A stretch of DNA of 51,809 bases, from positions 1-51,809 of IMG/VR virus record IMGVR_UViG_3300044445_000085; one strand, 5' to 3'. Below are positions 1-7,248 of this stretch, piece by piece. The notes beneath the pieces are model-generated. The model was not told where the DNA came from. It was given only the letters and a program-made list of their open reading frames with translations, and did no database searches. The stretch is from a virus. Positions within the stretch are counted from its first letter, which is position 1. Every line of letters begins with the position of its first letter. The position numbers and the translations under genes are program-made.

Positions 1-127
1 GACCAGGGGCACCTCGGAGTCGTCGTCGGTGTTCCGGGTCAGCTGCTTGCAGTCGACGATCGCGACGACGACGTGCGCGGCCTTGGGGTCGTCGATGAAC
101 TGGGACACGATGCGCACCAGCCCGTTC
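1..127. repeat. Terminal direct repeat, copy 1 (identical to 51683..51809)
   Basis: The first 127 nt (gaccaggggcacctcgg...caccagcccgttc) recur base for base as the last 127 nt. This implies a circularly closed contig or a short terminal redundancy. Unique length is 51682 bp. Confidence 0.95.
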
Positions 128-174
128 CGGTCGCCGGCGGGCAGCTTGCCGCCGAGCTTGACGGTCTCGGTCAT
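1..174 (-). CDS. 5' end (58 codons) of the hypothetical-protein gene whose body is 51344..51809; the gene crosses the repeat junction
   Basis: ATG at 172-174 follows GAGGAG. MTETVKLGGKLPAGDRNGLVRIVSQFIDD... is in frame with ORF 51344..51799 through the repeat. The joined CDS is 513 nt (170 aa) with an acidic C-terminal tail. Confidence 0.7.
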   Translation of the reverse strand, partial: MTETVKLGGKLPAGDRNGLVRIVSQFIDDPKAAHVVVAIVDCKQLTRNTDDDSEVPLV

Positions 175-228
175 GTGGATCTCCTCGCGTGTGGGTGGTG
201 CCGGACGGTAGCCCCGTGGGGCGGTTCC

Positions 229-306
229 TCAGCGTGCGCGGAGGGGTCCGGCAGGCACCCGGCGGGGCCCGCGTGCGGGTCCGTCGAGGGTGTCGGTGGC
301 GTGCAT
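229..306 (-). CDS. Possible 25-aa small ORF or leader peptide
   Basis: ATG at 304-306 sits just downstream of GTGGAGGAGCCCACC. It reads MHATDTLDGPARGPRRVPAGPLRAR with mostly G/C third positions. It lies between an early-type promoter motif and the next gene, but is too short to be certain. Confidence 0.3.
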   Translation of the reverse strand: MHATDTLDGPARGPRRVPAGPLRAR

Positions 307-330
307 GGTGGGCTCCTCCACGAAGCTCAG

Positions 331-352
331 GTGTACAGGTGAACCCTACACC
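331..352 (-). promoter_or_regulatory. Early-type promoter/operator motif, copy 1
   Basis: The minus strand reads GGTGTAGGGTTCACCTGTACAC, a -10-like TAGGGT followed by TTCACCTGTAC, 25 nt upstream of ATG 306. The TAG stop of the HNH gene (346-348) lies inside the TAGGGT. Related copies sit at 22862, 36302 and 38750. Confidence 0.5.
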
Positions 353-717
353 GGGAGGGCTCCGGTGGAAGGGTCTGGGCCGTCGACCCACCGGTACATC
401 CCGTCGTCGTCGAGCAGGAACCAGCCGCGACCGTTCACGGTGTCGAGGTAGACGGGCACGGTGGCCGGGTCGGTGGGGCGGGGCACCAGCAGCCCGCGGG
501 ACTCGGCCCAGGTGCGGGAGGACTCGACGTCCTGGTGGCAGGTGAGGCAGAGGCGGACCAGCGCGGCCGGGCGGTTCACCGCGGCCGCGCCGGCCCGGTG
601 CACGCCGCCCATGCCGCGGGCCTGCCGGTGGTGGGTGTGGATGCCGTGCCCGCGGCAGGCCTCGCACAGGCCCAGGGATCGCGCGCGCACGATCTCCTGG
701 GCCTGGGCGAGGTTCAC
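346..717 (-). CDS. HNH endonuclease
   Basis: The GTG start overlaps the upstream stop (GTGA). The 123-aa product carries CEACRGHGIHTHHRQ...LVRLCLTCH, a Cys/His HNH nuclease signature. Confidence 0.8.
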   Translation of the reverse strand: MNLAQAQEIVRARSLGLCEACRGHGIHTHHRQARGMGGVHRAGAAAVNRPAALVRLCLTCHQDVESSRTWAESRGLLVPRPTDPATVPVYLDTVNGRGWFLLDDDGMYRWVDGPDPSTGALPV

Positions 718-1019
718 AGCCGCTCGCCGACCCGGCGCCGTGAGGCGGGGACGCCGGCGCCGAGTGCGGCCCGGGAGGGCCGGCGGACGTCGCGGAGCTT
801 GCGGGTGCTCGGCAGCTCGGTGGTGGCCGAGCAGACGGAGCAGCGCAGGGAGTACCACCGGACGCCGCCGACGACGGTGCTCTCGGGCTCGAGGGGGTGG
901 GTCATGGCCGGGCCGCCGCACGCGCACTTGGCGACCGGCAGGCGGTCGCGGTGCGCGGTGCGCCAGGCGTCGGCGTCGATGTGCCCGGTGTCGAGGACGA
1001 CCTCGGCGAGCAGCTTCAT
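714..1019 (-). CDS. Hypothetical small Cys-containing (zinc-ribbon-like) protein
   Basis: ATG at 1017-1019 follows GAGGAGGTGGAG, and the stop overlaps the HNH start. The 101-aa product starts MKLLAEVVLDTGHIDADAW and has CAC...CSVC cysteine pairs. Confidence 0.6.
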   Translation of the reverse strand: MKLLAEVVLDTGHIDADAWRTAHRDRLPVAKCACGGPAMTHPLEPESTVVGGVRWYSLRCSVCSATTELPSTRKLRDVRRPSRAALGAGVPASRRRVGERL

Positions 1020-1042
1020 GGACTCCACCTCCTCGGCCCCCG

Positions 1043-2137
1043 TCAGCCCTTGCCCTTGGGCTTCTGGCGTGTTACCCGGATTGTCCGGCCTCCACCGGTC
1101 CAGCGGGTAGGTACTTCTTCGCCGAGGTCGCGGAGGCGGGCGATCGCGGCGTCCCCGTCGGGCACCTCGGTCAGCACCTTCTCCGACCAGGACAGCTTCC
1201 ACTCCCCGTAGACGCCGACCGGGGCACCGTCGAGCTGGGCGCGGTGGCCGGCCTTGGCCTCCTTGGCGACCTTCTCCTCGTCGCGGCGGAGGGCGTAGCC
1301 GACCAGCGCGGCCTCGATGGTGGGGTCGTCGTGCACCTCGAGGGACTGGCGCATGGGCGCGCCGGGTCCTTCGATCGGCGGGCCCCAGCACTGGTCGAGG
1401 AAGGGGCAGTGGTCGCAGATCGCGGAGACGTCGGGGCCGTAGCCGTCGCGGGGTGCGGCCTCGGGCCCGTTCTCCTCGACGGTGCCCTGGACGTCGGCGA
1501 GCCAGGCGAGGGCCTGGACGGTGATCGCCGGGTCGTAGTCGGTCTCGACGACGTGCTGCCGTCCGGTGTCGCGGTCGACGAACCGGAGCGCGACCCGCTT
1601 GACGGGGAACGGGACGCCGGCGGGGAGCCGCCGGTCAACGACCTGCCCGGTCATGAGCAGCCAGGCGTAGATATGGATCTGGAACCACTCGGACAGGCGG
1701 GGGCCGTGCTCGACGACGGTCTCGTAGGTGAACCGGCCCTTCGTCTTGAGGTCCTCTACCAGCACCTCGGTCCCCTCAAGGTCGGCGGCGGTGAGCTGCC
1801 GCAGCTCGGCGGGTGACCAGACGGGGTCGGCGGCCCAGGGGTCGGCGGCGTGGAAGTACACGGCGTCGGCGTGGCCCTTGACCACCGGGGAGTCCAGGCG
1901 GATCTCGGTGACGGCGCCGTGCTCGCGCTTGGCGACGGCCAGGACGGCCTTGTGGATCGCGGTGCCGAGGAAGGCCTGGAGGCCGGTGGGCGGGTTGGTG
2001 GCCTTGGTGCCGGCGATGCGGTAGGCGGTGCGCCGGCGGCAGGTGCCGAGCTCGGAGGCGCCGATCTTCCGCTGCCGGGACCGGGTGCTCCGGGCCTCGA
2101 CGCGCAGGATCGCCGCAGCCAGGTCGGGGGCGGTCAC
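1043..2137 (-). CDS. Cas4/RecB-family PD-(D/E)xK exonuclease
   Basis: The GTG start overlaps the upstream stop (GTGA). The 364-aa product has GHADAV, EDLKTKG (D/ExK), QIHIYAWLL (QxxxY) and four Cys (ELGTC plus CDHCPFLDQC), which is typical of Cas4-like nucleases. Confidence 0.75.
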   Translation of the reverse strand: MTAPDLAAAILRVEARSTRSRQRKIGASELGTCRRRTAYRIAGTKATNPPTGLQAFLGTAIHKAVLAVAKREHGAVTEIRLDSPVVKGHADAVYFHAADPWAADPVWSPAELRQLTAADLEGTEVLVEDLKTKGRFTYETVVEHGPRLSEWFQIHIYAWLLMTGQVVDRRLPAGVPFPVKRVALRFVDRDTGRQHVVETDYDPAITVQALAWLADVQGTVEENGPEAAPRDGYGPDVSAICDHCPFLDQCWGPPIEGPGAPMRQSLEVHDDPTIEAALVGYALRRDEEKVAKEAKAGHRAQLDGAPVGVYGEWKLSWSEKVLTEVPDGDAAIARLRDLGEEVPTRWTGGGRTIRVTRQKPKGKG

Positions 2138-3678
2138 GCCGAGGCCCCGCGGTTCTCCCGGATGGTGGACTGCAGCCAGTCGCCGAGGCGCTGGGTGGAG
2201 ACGTTGGCGACGGTCTGCCGGAACTCCTGGACGGCCGCGGCGTCGAGGGTCTCGGCGTTGCCCCACTGCTCGGTCAGCGCGGTGATGGTGCCCTTCCGGC
2301 GGGCGGACTCCCGGCGGGACTGAATCGGGTCGGGCTCGGCCAGCTCCTCGCCGGCGTCGACCGCCGCGGTGTCGTCGTGGCCCTCGCCGCCCTGGCCGTC
2401 GGTGTCGTTGGTCGGCACGTCGGGCGCGACCGGCTCAGCGGCCGCAGGAGGTGCGGCGGGGGCCTGCTCGGCCTCCTGGGCCGGGACGGGCGCTGCCGGC
2501 GCCTCGGCGGGCGCGCTGGCGGGCTCGGCGGGCTCGGCGGGCTTGCCAGTCATCACGCCCTGGGCGGCCTTCCGCTCGGCGTCGCGGAGCTGCTCGCCCT
2601 TGCCCTGGATCCTGGCGGCCACGGTGTAGCCGTCCACGTCGACCTCGAGCTGTCCGGCCTCCTGGGCCTCCCGGTACAGCGCGCGGGCGGCCTCGTAGGT
2701 CGTCAGGCCGTCGATCGCCGGGCCCCACTGGGCCGCCGTCCGGCGGGTCGCCGCCGGGCGCTGCTGCCCGCGGGGGGCGGCCTGCTGGCCGGGCTGCTGG
2801 GCCGCGGCGGCCAGCTCGGCCTGCTCGGCGGCGTGCTCGGCCAGGTAGGCCTCGGTGTTCGGCGCGGTGTAGTGCCGGCGGCCGACCTCCTCGTCCAGCC
2901 CCAGGGCCCGGAGCATGGCGTCGATCGTGAACCCAGGCACCAGGCGCTTCTCCCCGGGGTCGAGCTGGAAGCGCAGGGACCGGATCCCGGTCACGTAGTG
3001 CTTCCGCGGCTCGGGGATCTCGATGATGCCGTCGACCTCGAACGGCAGGTTCTTCTCGGTGCGGATCTTCCACGCCTTCTGGCCTTCGATCGGGCGGCCG
3101 TTCCCGCCGATCACGGCGACCTCCTCGAACCGGGCCGTCCAGATCACCGGACCGTCGTGCGAGCGGAGCAGGTCCACCAGCGCCCGCCACCGCTTCTTCG
3201 CGGCGTTCCACTGGTCCATCGTGATCACGGCATCCTCGGCGCCGTCGGCGGTGGGCCGAGACGACTGGGCGTTCTTCCGGTCGCGGCGCTGGTTGCTCAG
3301 CTCCTGCTGCTCGCCGGACACCAGGTCCCAGACCTCGGTGGCGGAGTCGAGCACGATCGCGTGCGGCTTGCCGGACTCCCCGCGGGGGACCAGCGTCGCC
3401 GCCCACACCTGCCGGGCGATGCTCAGGAACGTGCCGTCGTGCTCGAGGATCTCGAACCGGGCGCCGGGGATCGCCCCGTACTGGTCGACCATGCCCTCGC
3501 CGACCTCGACGATGAACGTCCGGTCGACCAGGTCGGAGGCCGACAGCTCGGCGGCGGTGTAGGTCTTGCCGCACTTCTGGCCGCCGGCGACCAGCAGCAT
3601 CGGCCAGGCCGGCTGGCCGGTGGGCTTCCGGGCGTTGAGCGTCGGCGGGGTGCCGCGGGTGATCGCGTGCGTGGTCAT
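2134..3678 (-). CDS. RecA-like NTPase (Sak4-type recombinase candidate) with a long C-terminal extension
   Basis: ATG at 3676-3678 follows GGAGGAGAT. It has a Walker A (GGQKCGKT) and a Walker B-like segment (AIVLDSATE). A RecA-fold-sized core is followed by a Pro/Ala-rich linker and a C-terminal domain. It lies next to the Cas4-like exonuclease. Confidence 0.65.
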   Translation of the reverse strand: MTTHAITRGTPPTLNARKPTGQPAWPMLLVAGGQKCGKTYTAAELSASDLVDRTFIVEVGEGMVDQYGAIPGARFEILEHDGTFLSIARQVWAATLVPRGESGKPHAIVLDSATEVWDLVSGEQQELSNQRRDRKNAQSSRPTADGAEDAVITMDQWNAAKKRWRALVDLLRSHDGPVIWTARFEEVAVIGGNGRPIEGQKAWKIRTEKNLPFEVDGIIEIPEPRKHYVTGIRSLRFQLDPGEKRLVPGFTIDAMLRALGLDEEVGRRHYTAPNTEAYLAEHAAEQAELAAAAQQPGQQAAPRGQQRPAATRRTAAQWGPAIDGLTTYEAARALYREAQEAGQLEVDVDGYTVAARIQGKGEQLRDAERKAAQGVMTGKPAEPAEPASAPAEAPAAPVPAQEAEQAPAAPPAAAEPVAPDVPTNDTDGQGGEGHDDTAAVDAGEELAEPDPIQSRRESARRKGTITALTEQWGNAETLDAAAVQEFRQTVANVSTQRLGDWLQSTIRENRGASA

Positions 3679-3703
3679 CGGGGATCTCCTCCACAGAGAA
3701 CGG

Positions 3704-3729
3704 GTGTGCGGTTCGCCTAGACAGTAGGG
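3704..3729 (-). promoter_or_regulatory. Putative promoter of the RecA-like gene (degenerate early-type motif)
   Basis: The minus strand reads CCCTACTGTCTAGGCGAACCGCACAC with a -10-like TACTGT (3721-3726). It sits about 43 nt upstream of ATG 3678 and shares only ACAGTA/TACTGT with the stronger copies. Confidence 0.3.
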
Positions 3730-3823
3730 CATGGGTCCGACAGTTCCGCCAGACCTCCCCGCGTCGTGTCGTCCACAGGTCGCGCGCGGGTGGTGACGTA
3801 CCTCGGGAGCCCTTGGTCAGTGG

Positions 3824-3847
3824 TCGTGGTTGGTCTCGTGGTTGGTC
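3824..3847. repeat. Tandem 12-mer TCGTGGTTGGTC x2
   Basis: Two perfect adjacent copies (3824-3835 and 3836-3847) lie in the 320-bp non-coding gap between the wHTH gene and the RecA-like gene. Confidence 0.85.
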
Positions 3848-3868
3848 ATGTGTGGTGGGCGGACACCG

Positions 3869-3954
3869 GTGTCCGGTGATCCGGTCACCCGTGTCCGGTG
3901 ATCGGTCACGGGTGTCCGGTGATCCGGTCACCGGTGTCCGGTGATCCGGGTCCG
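3869..3954. repeat. Iteron-like array: four tandem 21-22 bp units GTGTCCGGTGATCCGGTCACC
   Basis: Units start at 3869, 3891, 3912 and 3934 (periods 22, 21 and 22 bp). Each contains the dyad GGTGA-N5-TCACC. A perfect 14-bp palindrome GGACACCGGTGTCC lies at 3861-3874. The array is non-coding. Confidence 0.9.
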
Positions 3955-3962
3955 GGAACGGG

Positions 3963-3999
3963 CCGGCTCCCCAGGGTTGTGCACAGCCTGGGGAGCCGG
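3963..3999 (-). terminator. Stem-loop immediately downstream of the wHTH gene
   Basis: A perfect 13-bp stem, CCGGCTCCCCAGG (3963-3975) pairing with CCTGGGGAGCCGG (3987-3999), has an 11-nt loop. It abuts the stop codon at 4000-4002. Confidence 0.6.
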
Positions 4000-4419
4000 T
4001 CAGCGGCCGAGCGCGGGGTGGTTCGGGATCAGGCCGATGGAGCGTGCGGGGTCGGGCGGCAGGGTCAGCTGCCAGACGTCGGCCAGCTGCCGGCGCCCGG
4101 CCGTCGACCCGGAGAAGGTCCGCACGATCAGGCCCAGCTCAAGCAGCCGGGCCAGGTGCCGGCGGACCGTGCGGTCGGTGACCTCGCAGTCAGCGGCCAG
4201 CACGTCCTGGCCGGGGTGGGCGTTGCTGCCGTCCCGGTCGGCGTAGGTAGCTAGGACCAGCGCGACGTAGCGCGTGTCCTTGCTCAGGGTGAGGCGTCGC
4301 AGGGCGCGCTCCCACGCGAACCGGTCGACGGGCACGGGGGCGCCGTCGACCACCGCCAGGAGAGGCGGTGTGTGGGTCCGGGCAGTCGCGGGGCCCTCGG
4401 ATCGGGCCCCGCGCGTCAC
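4000..4419 (-). CDS. Winged helix-turn-helix DNA-binding protein (candidate iteron-binding/initiator or regulator)
   Basis: The GTG start overlaps the upstream stop (GTGA). The 139-aa product has YVALVLATYADRDGSNAHPGQDVLAADCEVTDRTVRRHLARLLELGLIV, which looks like a wHTH. Confidence 0.6.
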   Translation of the reverse strand: MTRGARSEGPATARTHTPPLLAVVDGAPVPVDRFAWERALRRLTLSKDTRYVALVLATYADRDGSNAHPGQDVLAADCEVTDRTVRRHLARLLELGLIVRTFSGSTAGRRQLADVWQLTLPPDPARSIGLIPNHPALGR

Positions 4420-4676
4420 GGCGTGGCGGGCTGCTCGACTGCCTCGGCCGCGGCGGGCTCGATCTTGATCCGGCCCGTGCGGGTGGCCCAGGCCATGATG
4501 CGCTCGCGCGCCCAGGCCGGCGTCCGTTCGGACACCAGGAAGTCGGGGGCGGGCAGCACGCCGCGCTGCTGCCAGCGCCAGGCGGTGCCCTTCTCGGCGC
4601 CGCAGAGGTCGGCGATCTCGGACAGGCCGAGGTAGGGCTGGCGGTCGGGTCCGAGCAGGGGCGGGGCGGTGGGCAT
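4416..4676 (-). CDS. Helix-turn-helix DNA-binding protein (MerR/excisionase-like fold)
   Basis: ATG at 4674-4676 follows GTGGAGGAGACACC. The 86-aa product has YLGLSEIADLCGAEKGTAWRWQQRGVLPAPDF, an HTH followed by a conserved Trp. Confidence 0.6.
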   Translation of the reverse strand: MPTAPPLLGPDRQPYLGLSEIADLCGAEKGTAWRWQQRGVLPAPDFLVSERTPAWARERIMAWATRTGRIKIEPAAAEAVEQPATP

Positions 4677-4704
4677 GGTGTCTCCTCCACGGTGACGGGG
4701 TCGA

Positions 4705-4745
4705 GCCTCCACCGTAGCCCAGGCGTACAGGCCACCACGACAGGC
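4705..4745 (-). promoter_or_regulatory. Putative promoter of the HTH/recombination operon
   Basis: The minus strand reads ...CCTGTACGCCTGGGCTACGGTGGAGG. It has a -10-like TACGGT (4711-4716) about 34 nt upstream of ATG 4676. The decamer GCTACGGTGG recurs at 31250-31259. Confidence 0.35.
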
Positions 4746-4837
4746 GGACCTCACCCGATCCGGGAGGTTCGGGCGCCGGGCTCGGCGGCTACGCTGGGGG
4801 CCTCGCCGGGCGTGTCGGTTGGGCGAGGTCTCCTCCA

Positions 4838-4886
4838 CGAGACGGGAGCTCCTCGGCCAGGTGGCCGGGGGGCTCCCCCCGTCTCG
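4838..4886 (-). terminator. Compound stem-loop after the last late gene
   Basis: CGAGACGGG (4838-4846) pairs with CCCGTCTCG (4878-4886) and encloses an inner CGGCCA..TGGCCG hairpin. It starts 4 nt downstream of the TAG stop at 4890-4892. Confidence 0.5.
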
Positions 4887-4889
4887 GGT

Positions 4890-5288
4890 CTACTCGGGGG
4901 CCGCGTGGTCCGGGTGGTCCGGGGTCTGGGGCTCGACCACCCACGGCGCCGGCTTCTCGGCGACGACCACCTGGGCCTCGTCGATCGGCACCAGCGGCAC
5001 GCCGTCGGCCGTCTGGGGCGCCTCGAGCGGGGTCACCTGCCGGCGAGCTCGGCGCGCGCGCCACACCGGGGCGAGCAGAGCGACCGCGGCCGCGCCGGTG
5101 GACAGGACGGCCTCGACGGCCAGCTGCAGCGCGGTGAGGTCGGCGGCCTGCCCGCGGATCACCAGCAGCACCAGGGCCACGACGGCGACAACGACCGCGG
5201 AGACGGTGCCGGCGACCTTGGCCTCGTCGAGGACGGGCTCGGGCCGCTGCTGCTCGCCGGCCGGCTCGAGCTGGGTGGGGGGGGTCAT
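4890..5288 (-). CDS. Membrane protein with two predicted TM helices (holin-like candidate)
   Basis: The ATG follows TGAGGAGACCCG. The 132-aa product has hydrophobic helices VAGTVSAVVVAVVALVLLVI and LQLAVEAVLSTGAAAVALLAPVW and a charged C-terminus. It is the last gene of the structural/lysis block. Confidence 0.45.
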   Translation of the reverse strand: MTPPTQLEPAGEQQRPEPVLDEAKVAGTVSAVVVAVVALVLLVIRGQAADLTALQLAVEAVLSTGAAAVALLAPVWRARRARRQVTPLEAPQTADGVPLVPIDEAQVVVAEKPAPWVVEPQTPDHPDHAAPE

Positions 5289-5297
5289 CGGGTCTCC

Positions 5298-5915
5298 TCA
5301 GTAGGGGGTGGCCGCCACGCGGCGGTTCTGCACGGACCCGTAGGGCCCGCCGGTCGTGCCGGAGAAGGCCAGCGCGTAGCGGAGGTCGACGGTGTACCAC
5401 CCGGGGGTCAACCCGGTGTGGAGGCCGAAGGTGCCCATGGCCGCGCGCTGGTCCATCCCGGAGCCGTTGTGCTGGATCTCGATCGCCCGGTCCTGGGCGG
5501 GCTCGACCAGCAGCTCCCCGCGGGTCGTCCACGTGCCGGGCCCGGGGGGCACGTCGGTCGGGCCGGGGCCGAGGAGGGCGTAGCTCACGAACGTCGAGCA
5601 CTTGTTGCCCTGGGCGGTGAGCGCCGCCGCCAGGTCGACCCGGAGCTTCCCGCCCATCACCAGCACGTTGACGTAGGGCCCGCCGGAGTACCAACCGAGG
5701 AACCCGGGCCCGGTGCTGGTGGTGCCCATCTCGAGGCGGGCGGGATCGACCGCGGTGGCCTGCCCGAAGGCGAGGGAGGACAGCGGCACGTAGAGCCCGG
5801 AGGCGTTCTGGACGGCGCCCCGGTTGAGCGGGTTGCCCACGGCCAGGTCCCGGATCTGGCGTTGCATGCGCTGGATCTCGGCGGCCAGGGAGTCGACGGT
5901 GGGGATGATGCTCAC
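5298..5915 (-). CDS. Minor tail protein (fibre-like) candidate
   Basis: The GTG start overlaps the upstream stop (GTGA). The 205-aa product has an N-terminal coiled segment DSLAAEIQRMQRQIRDLA followed by a Gly-rich beta-type domain. Only the 3' part of track ORF 5298..6359 is used. Confidence 0.4.
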   Translation of the reverse strand: MSIIPTVDSLAAEIQRMQRQIRDLAVGNPLNRGAVQNASGLYVPLSSLAFGQATAVDPARLEMGTTSTGPGFLGWYSGGPYVNVLVMGGKLRVDLAAALTAQGNKCSTFVSYALLGPGPTDVPPGPGTWTTRGELLVEPAQDRAIEIQHNGSGMDQRAAMGTFGLHTGLTPGWYTVDLRYALAFSGTTGGPYGSVQNRRVAATPY

Positions 5916-7042
5916 GGTGCTGCTCCCACGGCCAGAGACACGTCGGTGATGCCGCCCTCGGTGTTCGGGGTGACGGTCATGCCGAGCAGGCGGGCGACGA
6001 CGGTGAGCGCGGCCGGGTACTCGGGGAAGCTCTCCTGGGTGATCTCGAACCCGAGGTCGTCGCCGGGCCAGTAGGACCCCAGGCGCGGCGGGCCGGTGGG
6101 CAGCACCTTGAGCCCGGACAGCACCAGCGCGCCGGAGCGAGCGCGCCGGAACCCGGTCTCCCCGCGATCGACCAGCACCAGCGGGTCCTCCTCCTGGGAC
6201 TCCTGCTGGGTGCCGAAGCTGGCCGGGTAGCCGCTGGCGATCTCGTCGAGGCCGAGGTCGATGTCGGACAGCTGGACGAACGGCTGGACGGGCCCGGAGC
6301 CGGAGCCGACGACCTGCCACCGGTTCGGGACCGCGGCCTCGTCCTCGGTGTACTTCCACTTCCGGAGCCCGCCGTTCGGGTAGGCGAACGTGACCGGGGT
6401 GGCCTCGTAGCGCCGGCCGATGCGGGGCTCCCCGACCACGAGCTCCCGGCGGAGGCGGCCGGAGCCGGCCTCGCGGTAGGCGTGCACCCGGTACTCCGAC
6501 GGCGTGCCGGTGTCGGTCAGCTGGTCGAGCAGCTCGAGGACGTCGCGCAGCTCGCGGGGTTCGTAGATCCGGGGCACCAGGGGGGCGGTGGGCCCGGGTC
6601 CGTCGTTGCGCACGCCGAACCCGCCCTCGAGCGCGCCGGGCTGGGCGGCGATGCGGCCCATGAGGTGCGTCGCGTTGCCGACCGCGGTGCTGGTGGTGCT
6701 GCTGGTCGCGGTGAGCTGCTGGCGGGCCAGCCAGGACTCCCAGGACGCGCCGGACAGCACCAGGCCCACGCGGTCGTCCGAGCGGTCACGGCCGTAGATC
6801 GGCCCCGACCAGACGACGTCGGTCTGCCCGTTGTCCTCGAACTCGACCCACAGCCCGCACCGGCGGGGCCGGGTGGCGGCCCACGGGTTGTTCTTGAGCG
6901 CGACGGCGTTGCGCAGGGACAGGAAGGCGTCGACCGGGCCGGCGCCGGAGAGCGCCAGCCCGTACTTGACCTCGGTCAGGGGCAGGGTGGCCAGCTCGAG
7001 GCCGGTGCCCAGGTCGGTCAGGGTGTACTGCCACTCGGCCAC
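5912..7042 (-). CDS. Minor tail protein, tail-tip (Tal-like N-terminus) candidate
   Basis: The start is ATG at 7040-7042. The 376-aa product MAEWQYTLTDLGTGLELATLPLTEVKYGLAL... resembles the N-terminal pattern of siphovirus tail-tip proteins as I recall them. I could not verify this here. Confidence 0.45.
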   Translation of the reverse strand: MAEWQYTLTDLGTGLELATLPLTEVKYGLALSGAGPVDAFLSLRNAVALKNNPWAATRPRRCGLWVEFEDNGQTDVVWSGPIYGRDRSDDRVGLVLSGASWESWLARQQLTATSSTTSTAVGNATHLMGRIAAQPGALEGGFGVRNDGPGPTAPLVPRIYEPRELRDVLELLDQLTDTGTPSEYRVHAYREAGSGRLRRELVVGEPRIGRRYEATPVTFAYPNGGLRKWKYTEDEAAVPNRWQVVGSGSGPVQPFVQLSDIDLGLDEIASGYPASFGTQQESQEEDPLVLVDRGETGFRRARSGALVLSGLKVLPTGPPRLGSYWPGDDLGFEITQESFPEYPAALTVVARLLGMTVTPNTEGGITDVSLAVGAAP

Positions 7043-7050
7043 GGCGAGCC

Positions 7051-7248
7051 CTACCGGAGCAGGTGGCGGACGCCGGCGACGACCGCGGTCAGGCCGGCCA
7101 GCACGACGACGACCGGGACGGCGAGCACCAGCAGATCCCGGTTGCGCACGGGCTCGGCGAGGCCGTCGTCCCAGACGGGGGCCGGCTCGTCGAGCAGCCG
7201 GCGGGCCACGCGCAGGGCGCGGCCCGCCGACCGGTCAAGGTTGATCAC
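7051..7248 (-). CDS. Small membrane protein coupled to the endolysin (holin or lysis-accessory candidate)
   Basis: The GTG start overlaps the endolysin stop (GTGA). The 65-aa product has a single C-terminal hydrophobic helix, LLVLAVPVVVVLAGLTAVVAGV. Confidence 0.5.
   Translation of the reverse strand: MINLDRSAGRALRVARRLLDEPAPVWDDGLAEPVRNRDLLVLAVPVVVVLAGLTAVVAGVRHLLR

Noticed and set aside
1-127. The 127-bp end duplication as a true direct terminal repeat defining the genome ends
   Set aside because: The length equals a common assembler k-mer, and the repeat falls in the middle of a coding sequence with no nearby packaging signal. An assembly closure artefact is more likely. It cannot be fully excluded without reads.
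3869-3954. The tandem 21-22 bp repeats as a CRISPR array
   Set aside because: The units are directly contiguous with no spacers. There are only four copies, and no cas genes or leader are present. The architecture fits iterons or operators instead.
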